DNA from: Epiperipatus broadwayi
Taxonomy: Eukaryota; Animalia; Onychophora
Direction: 5' to 3'
Length of the DNA stretch: 64,000 nt
Assembly (NCBI GenBank): GCA_028023455.1
Contig: JAQFVV010000003.1
Coordinates: forward strand, 24,428,001 to 24,492,000
Made by a program: the position numbers and the translations under genes. The notes below the pieces were generated by a model, which saw only the letters and a program-made list of their open reading frames with translations, ran no database searches and was not told the origin of the DNA. This document shows, piece by piece, positions 1-12,400 of the stretch (position 1 is the stretch's first letter; every line of letters begins with the position of its first letter).

Positions 1-401
1 ATCTAATGCCTACTCATCCAATATCCCCAGACTAGTTTCTGGCTTGTGGCCTTCGTCAGTGAGGAGCTTTGGATCTGAGAACACTGCATCTAGATCTTAG
101 GATTTAATGCAACCCTCTAGCAACCACCTTTTATCTCTACTTAACTATAAAACTATGAGAATGAAATTGAAAACACAAAAAATATTTTCAATCTAAGCTC
201 AATAGCATATATAGTCATATGGGTCTGAACTTAGTTCAGCACCCATACATTTTGGTGTCTTTGGCTCTTTTACAACCATAGCCACCACTATCCTATTAGG
301 CAGGATTGGTGTTAAACCATTAAGCATCACATGATCACATCTCCTATACTAGCACATTAATTAATGTGCTAGTATAGGAGATGTGATCATGTGATGCTTA
401 A
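1..401. mobile_element. HHR-bearing small retroelement, family A, copy 1 (cut by window start; ends in a perfect 82-bp palindrome at 320-401)
   Basis: 1-125 matches the copies at 61382-61682 and 61969-62319; the right end GTGCTAGTATA...GATCATGTGATG matches the family A terminus. Confidence 0.85.
24..65 (-). ncRNA. Type I hammerhead ribozyme (family A), catalytic core intact
   Basis: Minus strand reads UCCUCA CUGACGA A-GGC CACAA GCC-A GAAAC UA GUC UGGGGA. Stem I is extended by AUCCAA/UUGGAU, stem III is the palindrome ACUAGU, and the cleavage triplet is GUC. Confidence 0.85.
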
Positions 402-807
402 AATAACTAATAGTTATATCATGATAAATAAACTGTAATCTATTTTCTATAAGCACCCATTCTAATAGCAGTTATTGAAATGATCTTATTAGCAAGAGCA
501 GGCAAGTGAAAATTAACTAAGACAATTATGCTATTATAATTATCAACAAAAGATCATACTAATAAATGAATCGGAAAATTATGATTACCTTCTTAATAGC
601 AGCATACTTTTCTACCATCTCTATGCCACTTATTGTAAGTTTTAATAAATAATAACAGATGCCAGATAGTAGTGCTCATTAAATCCCTAAAGTCATGCAT
701 GGAGTCAGGTGGTAGAGTGGAGGCTAACTTTCATTTTTTTTATTTTATATCAAAATGTTAAATCTGTGTCAGATTTTCTTTTTCATTTATTCTAAAATTA
801 CAATCTT

Positions 808-914
808 TTTTTTATTATTAAATGTCATAGCATCGGCCGGGACGAACCCGCAACCCGGGCAACTGCCTGCTAGTGCAAGGCAGTCGCGCTGACCTCTCGA
901 CCACCAATGCAACA
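808..914 (-). mobile_element. Short tRNA-derived SINE, copy 1
   Basis: Minus strand has A-box-like TGGTCGAGAGG, B-box-like GGTTCGTCCC and an A-rich tail; 16-bp TSD CTAAAATTACAATCTT at 792-807 and 915-930. Confidence 0.85.
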
Positions 915-1069
915 CTAAAATTACAATCTTCACTTCAAATATTAAAAAAGAGAGAGAGAGAGCAAAATATCATTTTGTAAAATATATATATATAATTTTA
1001 AAAATCTAAATAATATCTTAAAACAAATAATTAAATCTATAAAACTCTTTATATACTTTTTACCGGGGA

Positions 1070-1712
1070 CAGGGGGCACACAAAAATAACCGGAATCGTT
1101 CTGTTGTTTGAACACCTGTTGAAGTATATGCTTCAGCTGTTATATATATCTTGCATGACCTTTCTGCATCAATCTGCCAAATGACATCACCATGTGAAAT
1201 TGTGGGGTCAGGTAACACATTGTTTTGTAAAGTGCATTTTTGTCAGTTTTTTTTATAATAGCTGAAAAGTTCGACAATGTGAAATTCTGTTTTCGTTTAC
1301 AGAAAATGACAAGGAAAAAAGTTGTATTGCTTGAAACAGATTACAAGAAAATTGATCTCATAACAACACATATTTATGAGTGGTTTAATTATAATGTTAA
1401 ATTTACCACATCCCTAAAAAAAGTGACGCAAGTGAAATCAAAACAACGCTGATTTTTTTTTGACGCAAACGGCATTTTTCTCTCAAATTTAGCTCGTAAA
1501 CAATCAGGTATTTTATCTGCAAGTTCTGAAACATTTACTTTAAAAGACATCACTTTGCAAGCATTTCTGGACTACTTTGAAAAATGAAAAACACATTTAG
1601 ACTGGTGTATTGCATCAAAAAGTAATTTGAAATAGATTAAAATTTATAACACTTAAAAATAAATAAACCATTTTTTATTATAAAATTCCGGTTATTTTTG
1701 GGCACCGCTGTG
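1070..1712. mobile_element. Non-autonomous Tc1/mariner-type element (MITE)
   Basis: Imperfect ~27-bp TIRs CAGGGGGCACACAAAAATAACCGGAAT / ATTCCGGTTATTTTTGGGCACCGCTG. TA is visible only on the right flank; no intact transposase. Confidence 0.65.
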
Positions 1713-2677
1713 TATTCTGCATTCTTCTTTCATTAGTAGTATTTAAAAAACAATCTAAAATATTTACAATGGAAGTTCATCTTTGAAAATGCTAGCCCCA
1801 ATATAGTCAAAGTAAAGAACCGGCTAAATTATTATTATACAAGCTTCCATACAATATACAATATCATACTGCATTAAGACATAATCATTTAGTGAAAAAA
1901 TTAAAATGATTATTCATTAACTTAATCAAAAAAAAATTATACTTTAGTTTTATTTTTATCAAACCCAAAATGAATGTGTTTTCAATAATTGTTCTTAAAG
2001 TAATTGTTTTAGTGCTTTTTAAAACGTTAATATCATTTTTTAGCATGAACATCTAGCATTTCATTCTGCTACATAATTTTACCAAGTAAAGCATTTACCT
2101 AACATTTTTTATAATAAATACAATTTATTTTTGTACACGATTCAGATATCTATGCTTAATGTCTAAAAATCTTTTTTTATGATAAGTATTTGATTTACTT
2201 TAAATTTTAGGATTGTAATCCATAGGCAGTGACCCCTCAAGAAGTAGCTGAAGAATTTTTGGAGGTTGTGAATTTCTCAAGAAATTTATACATTACAATA
2301 AGAAAATAAGTTTTTTTTGTCTTAAAAAATATACAGTAGATAAAATATAAACACAGTCACATCGGGAAATATTCCTAATAAAATTAGACACATTCTTATC
2401 CTATCATAGAATAAAATTAGCAGCATTCAGACTATTTTGATCCAGAAGTAATTAAATGAGTGCATGTTCCCCACCATTTAACTTCCTTCATTCCTGTATT
2501 AAACAATCTAGTTCAAATATGCAAAATCAAGATGTGTACTATGATTTGATCTGATGAAAATGCAATGCATTCTATTTAGCTTTTACATTTTTTTATTACA
2601 TTTACTTAGTCAATTTGTAAAATGATAAAAAAATCAAGTCAGATGTCACATGACTTAATTTAATAAAGCTTGTATTT

Positions 2678-2958
2678 ACAAATGCTATATATAGAGCTCA
2701 CAAAATAAGTTCTTAACAAGCTTTGAGAATATCCTCAACCCAGACCGTTTTCTGTTTCTGACATCTGATAATTTCAGATATTCTACTCAATAGTTATACA
2801 TTAGATAAAGGGTTGGGCTTGTCCTAGTATTTTTAATCTAATGCATGAATATCCTGGCACCTCACTAATGACATCAGAAGCAGAAACCGATCTGGGGTTG
2901 AGGATATTCTCAAAGCTTGTTAAGAGCTTATTTTGCGAGCTCTATATATAACATTTGT
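2678..2958. mobile_element. Fold-back HHR element, family C, with degenerate hammerhead at 2860-2897 (+)
   Basis: Inverted arms of ~85 bp. ACCUCA CUAAUGA ... GCA GAAAC CG AUC UGGGGU, with distal stem I GAAUAUCCU/AGGAUAUUC; G5 is mutated to A. Confidence 0.75.
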
Positions 2959-4049
2959 CAATTTGTTTATCATAATGGTTGTCAATTACGTATTTTAATT
3001 ATCACCCAAGAATACTACTAAATATGTAATTTAGATTTTTAATTCTTTTAAATTAAAAGAACAATTAATTGACTTTTCATGTGATGAAACAATGTGTACC
3101 CAATTTAAGTCACTGTTTGTCAGGAATTTTGACTGTCAATTGGAAATTATTATTCTTATTCTACTTATGTGTAACTAGTTTTCCAAAATTAATGAGTAGA
3201 TTGTGATTAGATCCAGAAAATGAATTACAGCTCTTGATTTTTAATGTAATTGCTAAAGCAATTTATATTAATTATTACATTAAATTAGATTTTTTATTAA
3301 ACTTGTTAAGAATATCTTTTCATTGTCTCAACAATATATATGTAAATTATATGTGAATGTATTAAATTTATTATTTTCTAAATTACGTGTTTTATTATAT
3401 GTTTTTATTTAACGTATTTTGTTTTTAGTTTGTCTGCTTAGATAAAATCTTGTAACTAATTTTTCACTAATTTTTCAATTTTTAATCTATGTGAAACTTT
3501 GTATACATATGTATTCCCAATAACAATATTTTTTTTAAGAAATTGTAAACAATTTTAACAAAAAATTTGGGAAAAAATTAAATATTTATTTTAAACATAT
3601 GCAGTTTCATTCAACATTTTTGAATGACTTAACAGTTTTTTTAATAGAAATGAATTCCACAGAGAATAATATGTTAAATGCTAAAACAAGAATAATTTTA
3701 ATAATTCAATATTACATATTTAAAACCAAAAGTAAATAATAATAATAATAAATATATTAAAAAAAAATTTTTAATTCTTTTATTAACAATAAATAAATAA
3801 ATTAAAAAAACACTTTTATTCACATAAATGTGAATAAAAGTATAAAATCAATTTTATTCAGTTTTCACATTATTTTTAATATTATGTAACCAAAAATAAA
3901 AACAAAGGGCTCTCATGTTTAGAAATATTTTTTAGTAAATCAATTTAAAACAAAATTGAAACAGACAATTCATTATAAATAAATAAAAATATTTATCAAT
4001 CTGGCTTTCATTTCTTATTGGAACCTTTTGAAGATGTTTCTTTTTACAT

Positions 4050-5140
4050 AATCACATGTGATGTGATGTGATGTATTGTGGCTTCTCCTTAAACGAAGTC
4101 AAGAATATCTCAGCAATTATGCCCAGATAAACCTGTTAGCCACTTTATTTTCCATCCCCCACTCTAAATTTTCCCATATTCTGCTCCATCCCATTTCCAC
4201 AACATAATCTTTGTCAACTCTATAACCTTTATATAATATTTGTTTTAAATCGCATGTTGTTATTAAATTAGTAATGACTTGAAAGGTTGCTATTTTTTCA
4301 CCTGCGCCTTACTATTCTTTTCAGACAGCCAATAGCTGTTAAACAGTGGCCTGATCGCTCCTCAGACCGCTGTCTAACAGCTATTGGCTGTCTGAAAACA
4401 ACTATAACCTTTATATCTAAATCCCCTTTATCTTTTCACAAACCCAGCATAAAAACCAAAAATTCACTTTCTGTATAATCACTTTTTTCATATTTATTCT
4501 TCCATAACTTCATTATATGTACCCTTTCTGTTTTCAAGCATTTACATTCAATTAACAAATACCTAATATTTTCTATTCCTTCCTTACATAATTTACAAAA
4601 TAAATCACCCATTTTTTTTCCATTTACATGTATATTCTCTTGTAGCTAGATCCCATTCGAGCCTTAAATAATAAACTACTTTCCTTATTATTATCATATA
4701 TTAACTCATACCTAATATTCTGTTTATTTCTATATATATTTAAACTCTTTTTACTCTCCATACTATTTCTCCATCTCTCTAACTCCTTATTCTTTATTAA
4801 TGAATCTATTCTTTCATCCCATTCCTTACTACTACAACACTCAACAATCCTCTTAACACAATCATCCCATCTTTTGTACAAATATACTGATATAAATTCT
4901 TTATCCAAATCTTTTGCAAACCACATTACCTTTCTCACCCATCTTGTTACCTGCCCTTTACTCATAACCCAATTAAATACTATTTTAGCTATTCTTTTAT
5001 TATCTATAAACTGCAATCTATCAAACATTTTGATTTTACTTTTTGCATCTCTCATATGAAAACTTGACCATCCCATTTCTCCTTGAATTACATTACAAGT
5101 ATAATTAGTAAAATACATATATGTACATAAAAATGATAAA
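4050..5140 (-). mobile_element. LINE 3' fragment (ORF2 C-terminus, 3' UTR, (CATCA)n tail)
   Basis: ORF 4624-5118 (RLQFIDNKRIAKIVFNW...YDNNKESSLLFKARMG) is homologous to 13740-14034 (+); microsatellite tail at 4057-4074. Confidence 0.8.
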
Positions 5141-5249
5141 AATTATTATATTTTTTTCTTCATAATATAAATATTTCCAAAATAATCCAAAAAACAACAA
5201 CATAATAATCCTTTCTTTTTATTTTAAAATTATAATACTTAAAGTTTCC

Positions 5250-7700
5250 AATAATCTAACAATGCCCATTTCCACTCTAATTATGCTGAACCTTTAAATC
5301 ATGTTTACATATTTGTTTAAATTTTCTTAATTATATAAAATTTCATAACATTTTCTTTCCTTGCAATTTTTAACATACTTTATTACTTGAATATTTGTTT
5401 CACAATTCATTTTATATCCAATATCCAAAAAAAATGTATATATGGCCCTGATCTTATAGCTTCTCTGTTAATTGCCCTATCATGCTCCTTATGTTTTTCA
5501 ATGGCAGCCTTTCCTCTCTGATCTATATATATCATATTTAAAGTTCACAACTAATTTTATAAACCAATCTTTCCTATTTTTAATATTACCCATCTTTTTT
5601 TTTTTTAATTACGCATCCATTTCCCTAAAAATTCACTATTATTCCAACCTATTTTAATATCATCAGGTATCTTTTTTTGTCAATGTCTTGTGTAAATACT
5701 CTGAATATGGAACTGAAACCCATTTCCTTGCACTATCTTTTGTATTATTATCATTTTTATTTCTGAAAATCTTTTTAATGTCCTTTCTTTTATATCTCAT
5801 ACTAACATAATCATTCTCAACTTACAATTTCTGTTTTAATGCTTATTTTATATTCAATGTTGGGCTATCATTTTAAAACTTAAACTCTTTCAAAACTGCT
5901 ATTTTCTTCTACCATGGCTGATATGAATTTGGGTCAATTATGCCTCTTTTTTCTTTATCCTTAATATAATGATTAATAAGTATTTTATCACTAATTCCTT
6001 TTCTTAAAAAATATCTAAATAGTTTAATCCTTTCTCTTTTTTCATTGTAAACTTGATATTGTATTTACTATTGTTCAATTCTTTAAATGTATTAACAATA
6101 CTTCTACTATTACCTACTACAATTATATTTTCAACATATCAATGATATTCTAGAATGTCCTTATTTTACATATAATTATCAATTATATTTTCCTTTATAT
6201 AGTTGCAGGAAACCCAGTGAACTCCATTATTAAAGATGCAAAAGTAAACCTAGGGACTATGCAGGCCATACTGGTTTTATTATTTTTTAATTTATTCCTT
6301 ATGGCCCATGCATTTGTAAGAAGTAATTTTAATACTGAACTGTAACAATATAAATTGTAATGTATATTAAGTGTTGATTTAACTTTTACTATCGTTAACT
6401 TGTGGCAATAAAATCAAATTTTAGTTATAAAAAAACTGTTTTGAATTAATTTTTTTTCTGCTTGTCTGACCACCTTTACTATGACTTTAGCATTTGTGGT
6501 GGCTGTACATAGCAATAGTCAATCATAATTGATGATAAAATCCTACTAATAGAGCAACCCATAATCCATTCCTTTGTTATATTCCAAAATTCTTCATTAT
6601 ATTTAAAATATAAAGCATCATTTATCAATAATATGCATCTCTGATAAAATATAACCAGTCTTCTGAAATTATATTACACATTTTTATTTTATCAATAGTC
6701 ATTTTTATACTATCTTCCCTAGGTAAATTTTGATACATTTTTTCAATATTAATTGATACAATCATTCCATTTCTATTTACATTATTAAATTTAACTTTAA
6801 GTTTTTCTGAATTCCTAATACAATATTTGACAAACCCTATTGCAATGAGAATCTTTTTATGTATTATATCATTTAAATCTTTAAGAATATAATTATTAAA
6901 GTCTAATATTACTCTTACTGGCATGTCATCCTTATATGTTTTAACTTTCCCAAATATACATAAATGTTCAAAGGCTGTAGGATATAAAAGTCTATATTCC
7001 TTTTTATTAATTGTTTCATTTTCATATAATTTAATAAAATCTTATATTTTGTTTTAATTCTATTTCCTGGAACTTTATTTATCTTTTGGTTTGCTTGCTT
7101 TACAATATCTTTTTATTTTCCTATCATAGTCCATTTCATTTAAAACAACAAACCTTAACCCTTTATCTTCCCTTGTTACTATTAAATAATCCTTATTTAT
7201 CTTTTCCATAATTTATCTTATAATAGATTTCTATTCTTTTTTTACTATATTTATGCTTTTTATTAATAACATTATTAATTTTTTACTGCAATTCCGTTTT
7301 CAAACTATTCTTAATACTTGCAGCTTCTACCCTAACAACTATTGTTTTTTGGATATCTTTATCCACAAATGGTATATATTTAGTCTTTATTTAAAATCTG
7401 TGCTTGTTCATTTATAAAATTAATATTAGATATATTTATAAAATTATTAATATTTTTTTCTTTGATTCCATTTCTTTAGAACACAACCAACTCCGCTAAT
7501 TATCATATTTTTTATACAATTTCTTTTTTAATTTGCTATTATGGTTCAATAAACTACGATTAATGGTACTCCGGTAATTTCCCAAATATAAGTGCTTTTA
7601 AAATACTTTCGGTCTATTATATTTCCTAATATTGCAAGCGACTTCTAAATATTTTTCTTTCAAAAACCATTCCAAAAATATTCTCTGAATTTTATTACAC
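5250..7700 (-). mobile_element. Degenerate Penelope-like retroelement (RT plus GIY-YIG endonuclease)
   Basis: Minus-strand remnants in PLE order: DKGLRFVVL (~7150), SINIEKMYQNLP (RT, ORF 6625-6924), EFTGFPATI (~6210), GKWVSVPYSEY (~5710), and ...EKHKEH of the GIY-YIG region (~5480). Many stops and frameshifts. Confidence 0.75.
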
Positions 7701-7925
7701 AAACTTTATTCTTATTAATTTTCTCATTATTAATTTAAATCTACATGACGTTGGCATAATTCCATTATTTTTACATCTATTTATCTATTTATTTATTTTG
7801 GAATGGTTTTTGAAAGAAAAATATATAGAAGTGGATTGCAATATTAGGTAATATAATAAACAGAAAAGTATTTTAAAAGCACGTATATCTATGGAATTAC
7901 TGGAGTACATGAATCGTGCTTTATT
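7545..7925. repeat. Inverted repeat (~135-bp arms) at the 5' end of the PLE
   Basis: 7545-7680 (...AAAAACCATTCCAAAA) is the diverged reverse complement of 7795-7925 (TTTTGGAATGGTTTTTG...). Confidence 0.75.
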
Positions 7926-8399
7926 GATTTATTGACTCATAATAGGATATTTCATTGGAGATTTATTATGAATAAAGTAGGTATTTATGTAAAGAATATT
8001 AAGATCAAAAAAAATATAGATTTGATCAATCATATGGAAACACATATATATATTAAAATTGATTAGTTTGTAAATTATTAATATAAATGACAATAATGAT
8101 TTATGCCTAATAATGATTTATGCCTAATCTTATTAAATTCATAGTATTTGAGTATTTGTAATAATTTCATAAGTCATTAGATCTATATACGGGAATATTT
8201 TGATATTTTAATTTTAAAAAAAGAAAATCTTCATTATTAATATATATATATATTTTTAAGCATGTGGAATAATTTTTCTCTTAATTAAAATAAATTATTT
8301 ATTTTGATTTTTTTAAAAATCGAACTTAATAGTTTCTTTGAAAATACGATTACACTTGTTATTTCAACATATTTGGTCACTTAAATGTTAGTCGCCTAT

Positions 8400-9300
8400 C
8401 TTTATCTAGAATATCATGAGATATAAAATGTTAATATTATAGTTTCATATAATAATAATTTATATATAGCACAATAAAATACCCATTGGCTCCAGAATAA
8501 ATTCAGAAAATAATATTGTCACTACAATCTTAGAATATATATAATATTCAAGTCTTGAATTTGATTAATCATTAAATATATAGTTTATGTCAACAATGAT
8601 CTATAAAATTGGTATTATGATTCATATAAGATAAGAGATGTTATCTCACCTATATGTATGTACATGATGTTTTATCATTGGGATTAATTGATCAGAGATG
8701 ATAGATATTTAACTACATCTACTATTGTACAAGTTGGGTGTGTGTATGAAGCTATCATTATGTCTTGTATCCTAAGCAAACTAACAAACAATTATTGTTG
8801 TAGAATTAAATAATTTGGCTTCATGAGCCAGACATCATGCATGCTCTCATTATTATAAAATTTCCACCAAAACTGTTAGACACTTAAAGATTCATCTTCC
8901 TAAAAATACCATTATATAATTTGGCAATGCAAATTATGGAGCATATTAATGAGATGTTAAAACTAATTATGTTGGAGAAACAAAAAATTCAATAAACAGA
9001 AGATTAACATAACATAAATATGATAAAAATTTACTGGTTTATTTACATTCAATGGAAATAGGACATATATTTGAGGATGGTATAAAAATGATTCAATATA
9101 CAAATGATAAGAGAGAAAAAAAAATTAAAGAAGCTATCCTTATAAATAATATCAAACCATATTAAATAAAGATTTTGGCTTAAAAACTATCTTGATTTAA
9201 TTATGATCGCAATAACAATTTCAAATAATAAATTTATAAGAGATGTAAAATTAGTTATATAAGAATATAAAGAGAGAGCTTACTACTATATAACATACAA
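8400..9300 (+). mobile_element. Degenerate PLE GIY-YIG endonuclease remnant
   Basis: YVGETKNSINRRLT*HKYD starting at 8968 matches the GIY-YIG YxG(E/Q)T...R..EH motif; boundaries are approximate. Confidence 0.65.
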
Positions 9301-9419
9301 GCTTTTCCTTGCCTCTGTAAATGCATTAACATGGCTGATTTTTGCTCCATAAGATAAGTTAAAGTTTTATTTATTTTAATAACATCTAGATAAAAATTTC
9401 TGTTACTGAGTAATATTTG

Positions 9420-12400
9420 TTTAGAGAGTGAATGAGAAAATAGAGTTGGGGTGAAGAGAGATAGAATTAATTAGATTTGGAAAGATTGAGAAAAAATATT
9501 GCTAATGTTTGGAGAGTGATTTGAGACACCTACATTTTAAATATATTTATATAAATTTTTTTGTGTTTATTGTAACAAGGCCTTAAAAACTAAGGCATAC
9601 ATAAGACTAATTCAAATTTAGGAGGTTTGCTAATAAAAAAAAATTAAATTTAAGTTAGAGAATTGTTCATTTTAAGAAAGAGTGGTAATGTTGAGGTGTG
9701 AGTTTTAGGGTACCCTAGCACATGTTTCTCATCCACCACTATAAAAAAATATGTTTTTTTGTAGACCAAGGTTTGGAGAGTGATAAAAATCATAATTTAA
9801 ATATAGAGTAGGGGAATTGGAAAAAATATGGACTATGTATATCACAATATATGTACGATGGGCAGAAGGAAATTAGATGTGCTTTGGTAGTGTATACAGT
9901 ATGTGATAAGATTTTCCATATGAAGTGCTTAAATAAAACTAGGAAGAATATAAAAGGTGTAGTATTATATAGATAATATATAAATGTGATAAAAGAGGTG
10001 AAAAAATGGTTTTAATTGTAGATAGTTTAAAGAGAAAGAAGAAATTGATGAAAATGTAGATAAGGGCAATAGAATGGAGTATATGTTTAGTAGAGTGACA
10101 AGAGATATATATGACAAAACAAGTAGTGCAATAGGAATAGTTAAGAGGAAGAGGTAAGGGATGTAGAAATAAAATTAAAGGTATTAGACATGAAGTGAGA
10201 GTAGATTAAGGAATTAATAGATAGAAATGATAAGAAATAGATAAGGAAAGTCAGATGGTTGGAGAAAATGTTATAGATGAAATAGGGAAAGTAAACTATG
10301 AGACAGACTTGATAGGAAACTCAATAATTAAAGGATGTGAAGATGTAATTGCAAGAAAAAATAGAAATAGATATGTAAGAGTATATTTTCCTGGAGCTAA
10401 AATTAGGAATGTTACAGATAAGATAAATAAACAGGGGAGTAGAGATATTTGTGTTATGGTATGGATAAATAATTTATCAGAGCCATCAGAGAGAGTAATG
10501 GATGAGTACAAAGAATTAATTAGTAGTTTGAATAAGGTTAAAGGAAGAGTGGGAGTAGTAGGATTACTAACAAGATTTGACAATAGGTATATGTTAGATA
10601 GGGCATGTTCTATAAATCAGAGATTTGAAAAACTGTGCGATAGAAATAATATATTTATGGATGTGTGGGATTTTTTTATTAGTAAGAGATAATTATACAA
10701 TGAAAATGGATTCCATTTAAAAAACAAGAAAATGAAGGATTAGGGGGCTTGATTTATTAAAAGTATTAAATTTTGCAGAACTTATAAAGAGAGATATGGT
10801 TTTAAATTATAGTATTAGCAAAAAAAGGTTAAGGATGGATGGGATGTAAGAAGTGAACAAAGAGCAGCTTATTTAGATGTAAATGTAGATGTGGAGAGAA
10901 AATGTGACGGTAAAACTAATGATAAACAAACTAACTACAAAATATAATACAAAAGAAAAAGTCAAAAGAATTTATAACAGGGAAGAAAAAAGGAAAAATC
11001 TGAATATTTGAATGTGCAAGGTGGTATGAGAACAGAAAAGTGGTTGGAATTAACACAGTTAAAAATGAAGGGCTTGAGGTGGTAGCAGTAGTGGAAAGAC
11101 ATCTAAGAAAAGAAGAAGAACCTACACTGGAAAGTTTGTATAGAAGGGCATAAATAGAATAAAAAATGGGTGGTGGTACAGAAGTAATGTCAAAAAAATA
11201 TTCAAATAGTTTCAAGAACATTTGTGGTTTGAGATAAAGTAAGGAAGACAAGAATAAAATGGTGACTATAGTGTATATGTCAACTGGAGATAGTGAAACA
11301 ATAATGGAAAAAAACAATAGCATATATGAATGCCCTCTTAAGAATATATAGAGTTTCAAAAAAAGGGGGAAGAAAATTATGGTTACAGGGGATATGATTG
11401 TACTTATTGAAGAAATTGATGACTTGGATAACAAGAAAGGGAACTTCTGAAAAATTTTTGTCAGAGAGAAAATTTGAACATTGAGAATATATCAAATATC
11501 TATAAGGGGCAATATACATGGTCTAGAAATAATATATTTCACACAATAGATTATGTATTAGTAGATAAAGAGGAAATAAATAAAGTACAGAAAATTAAAA
11601 TTTTTGATAATGAAGAGAGAGTATGTAATAGTGATCATAATTTCTTTAGTAATAGAAATGGTTAGTAAGGTGATGGAAAATAATAATAAAAGTAGAAAGG
11701 ATAGTGAAGTATATGGATGAAGAGTTAATGATAAGAATACATTAGAAGAATATAAAATAAAGTTATGGAAGAGTTTCTTGGGAATGAATATAAGAATTGG
11801 TATGGTAAAGTAGAAAAAATGACAAATAGGGTTTTAGGTGAGAGTATTCAGAAGAATAAAAGTAATAGAAAAGTGAGAATTAGTAAAAGTGTAAAAGCAA
11901 GAAAAAAGGCATGCAGAGAATATAAATATGCTATTAAAAACATAGAAAGTGAAAAAGATATTAATATTAAATGAGAAAACTATTTAAATAAAAAGAAGTT
12001 GGCTAAAATAGATAATAAAAAGGATGAAATTAAATAGTAAATTATTGGAAGACATTAATAATAGTGGAAGAGATGGGAGTAAAAAATTTTGGAAATATTT
12101 TAAAAAGAAGGAATGTAGGGAAGAGAAAAATAATATTACTAAATAATAGGGGAAAAGGATATAGTTCTAGAGAAGAATTAGAGTCAATCTTAAATAAGTA
12201 TGTAATGGATATAGAAAATATGTTAGATGGGAAAGACACAATGATATCAATCATAAAAACATATAGTAATGGAAATATTAGCTTTGCAGAAAATAAATTG
12301 AATAAGACGGGGAAGAAGTTAAAAAAATGGGAACGCAAGAGGTTTATATGGATGGCCAGCAATGATGGTGATGAATGTATAAAATAGGGCAAAATTAAAT

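Noticed and set aside
2211-2309. Possible terminal exon of an upstream gene (AVTPQEVAEEFLEVVNFSRNLYITIRK*)
   Set aside because: An in-frame TAG follows the better acceptor, I recognise no protein, and no partner exons are visible.
4057-4074. Similarity between the LINE (CATCA)n tail and the family A end GATCATGTGATG as a sign of LINE mobilisation
   Set aside because: Orientation is opposite relative to the ribozyme strand and the match is a short low-complexity motif.
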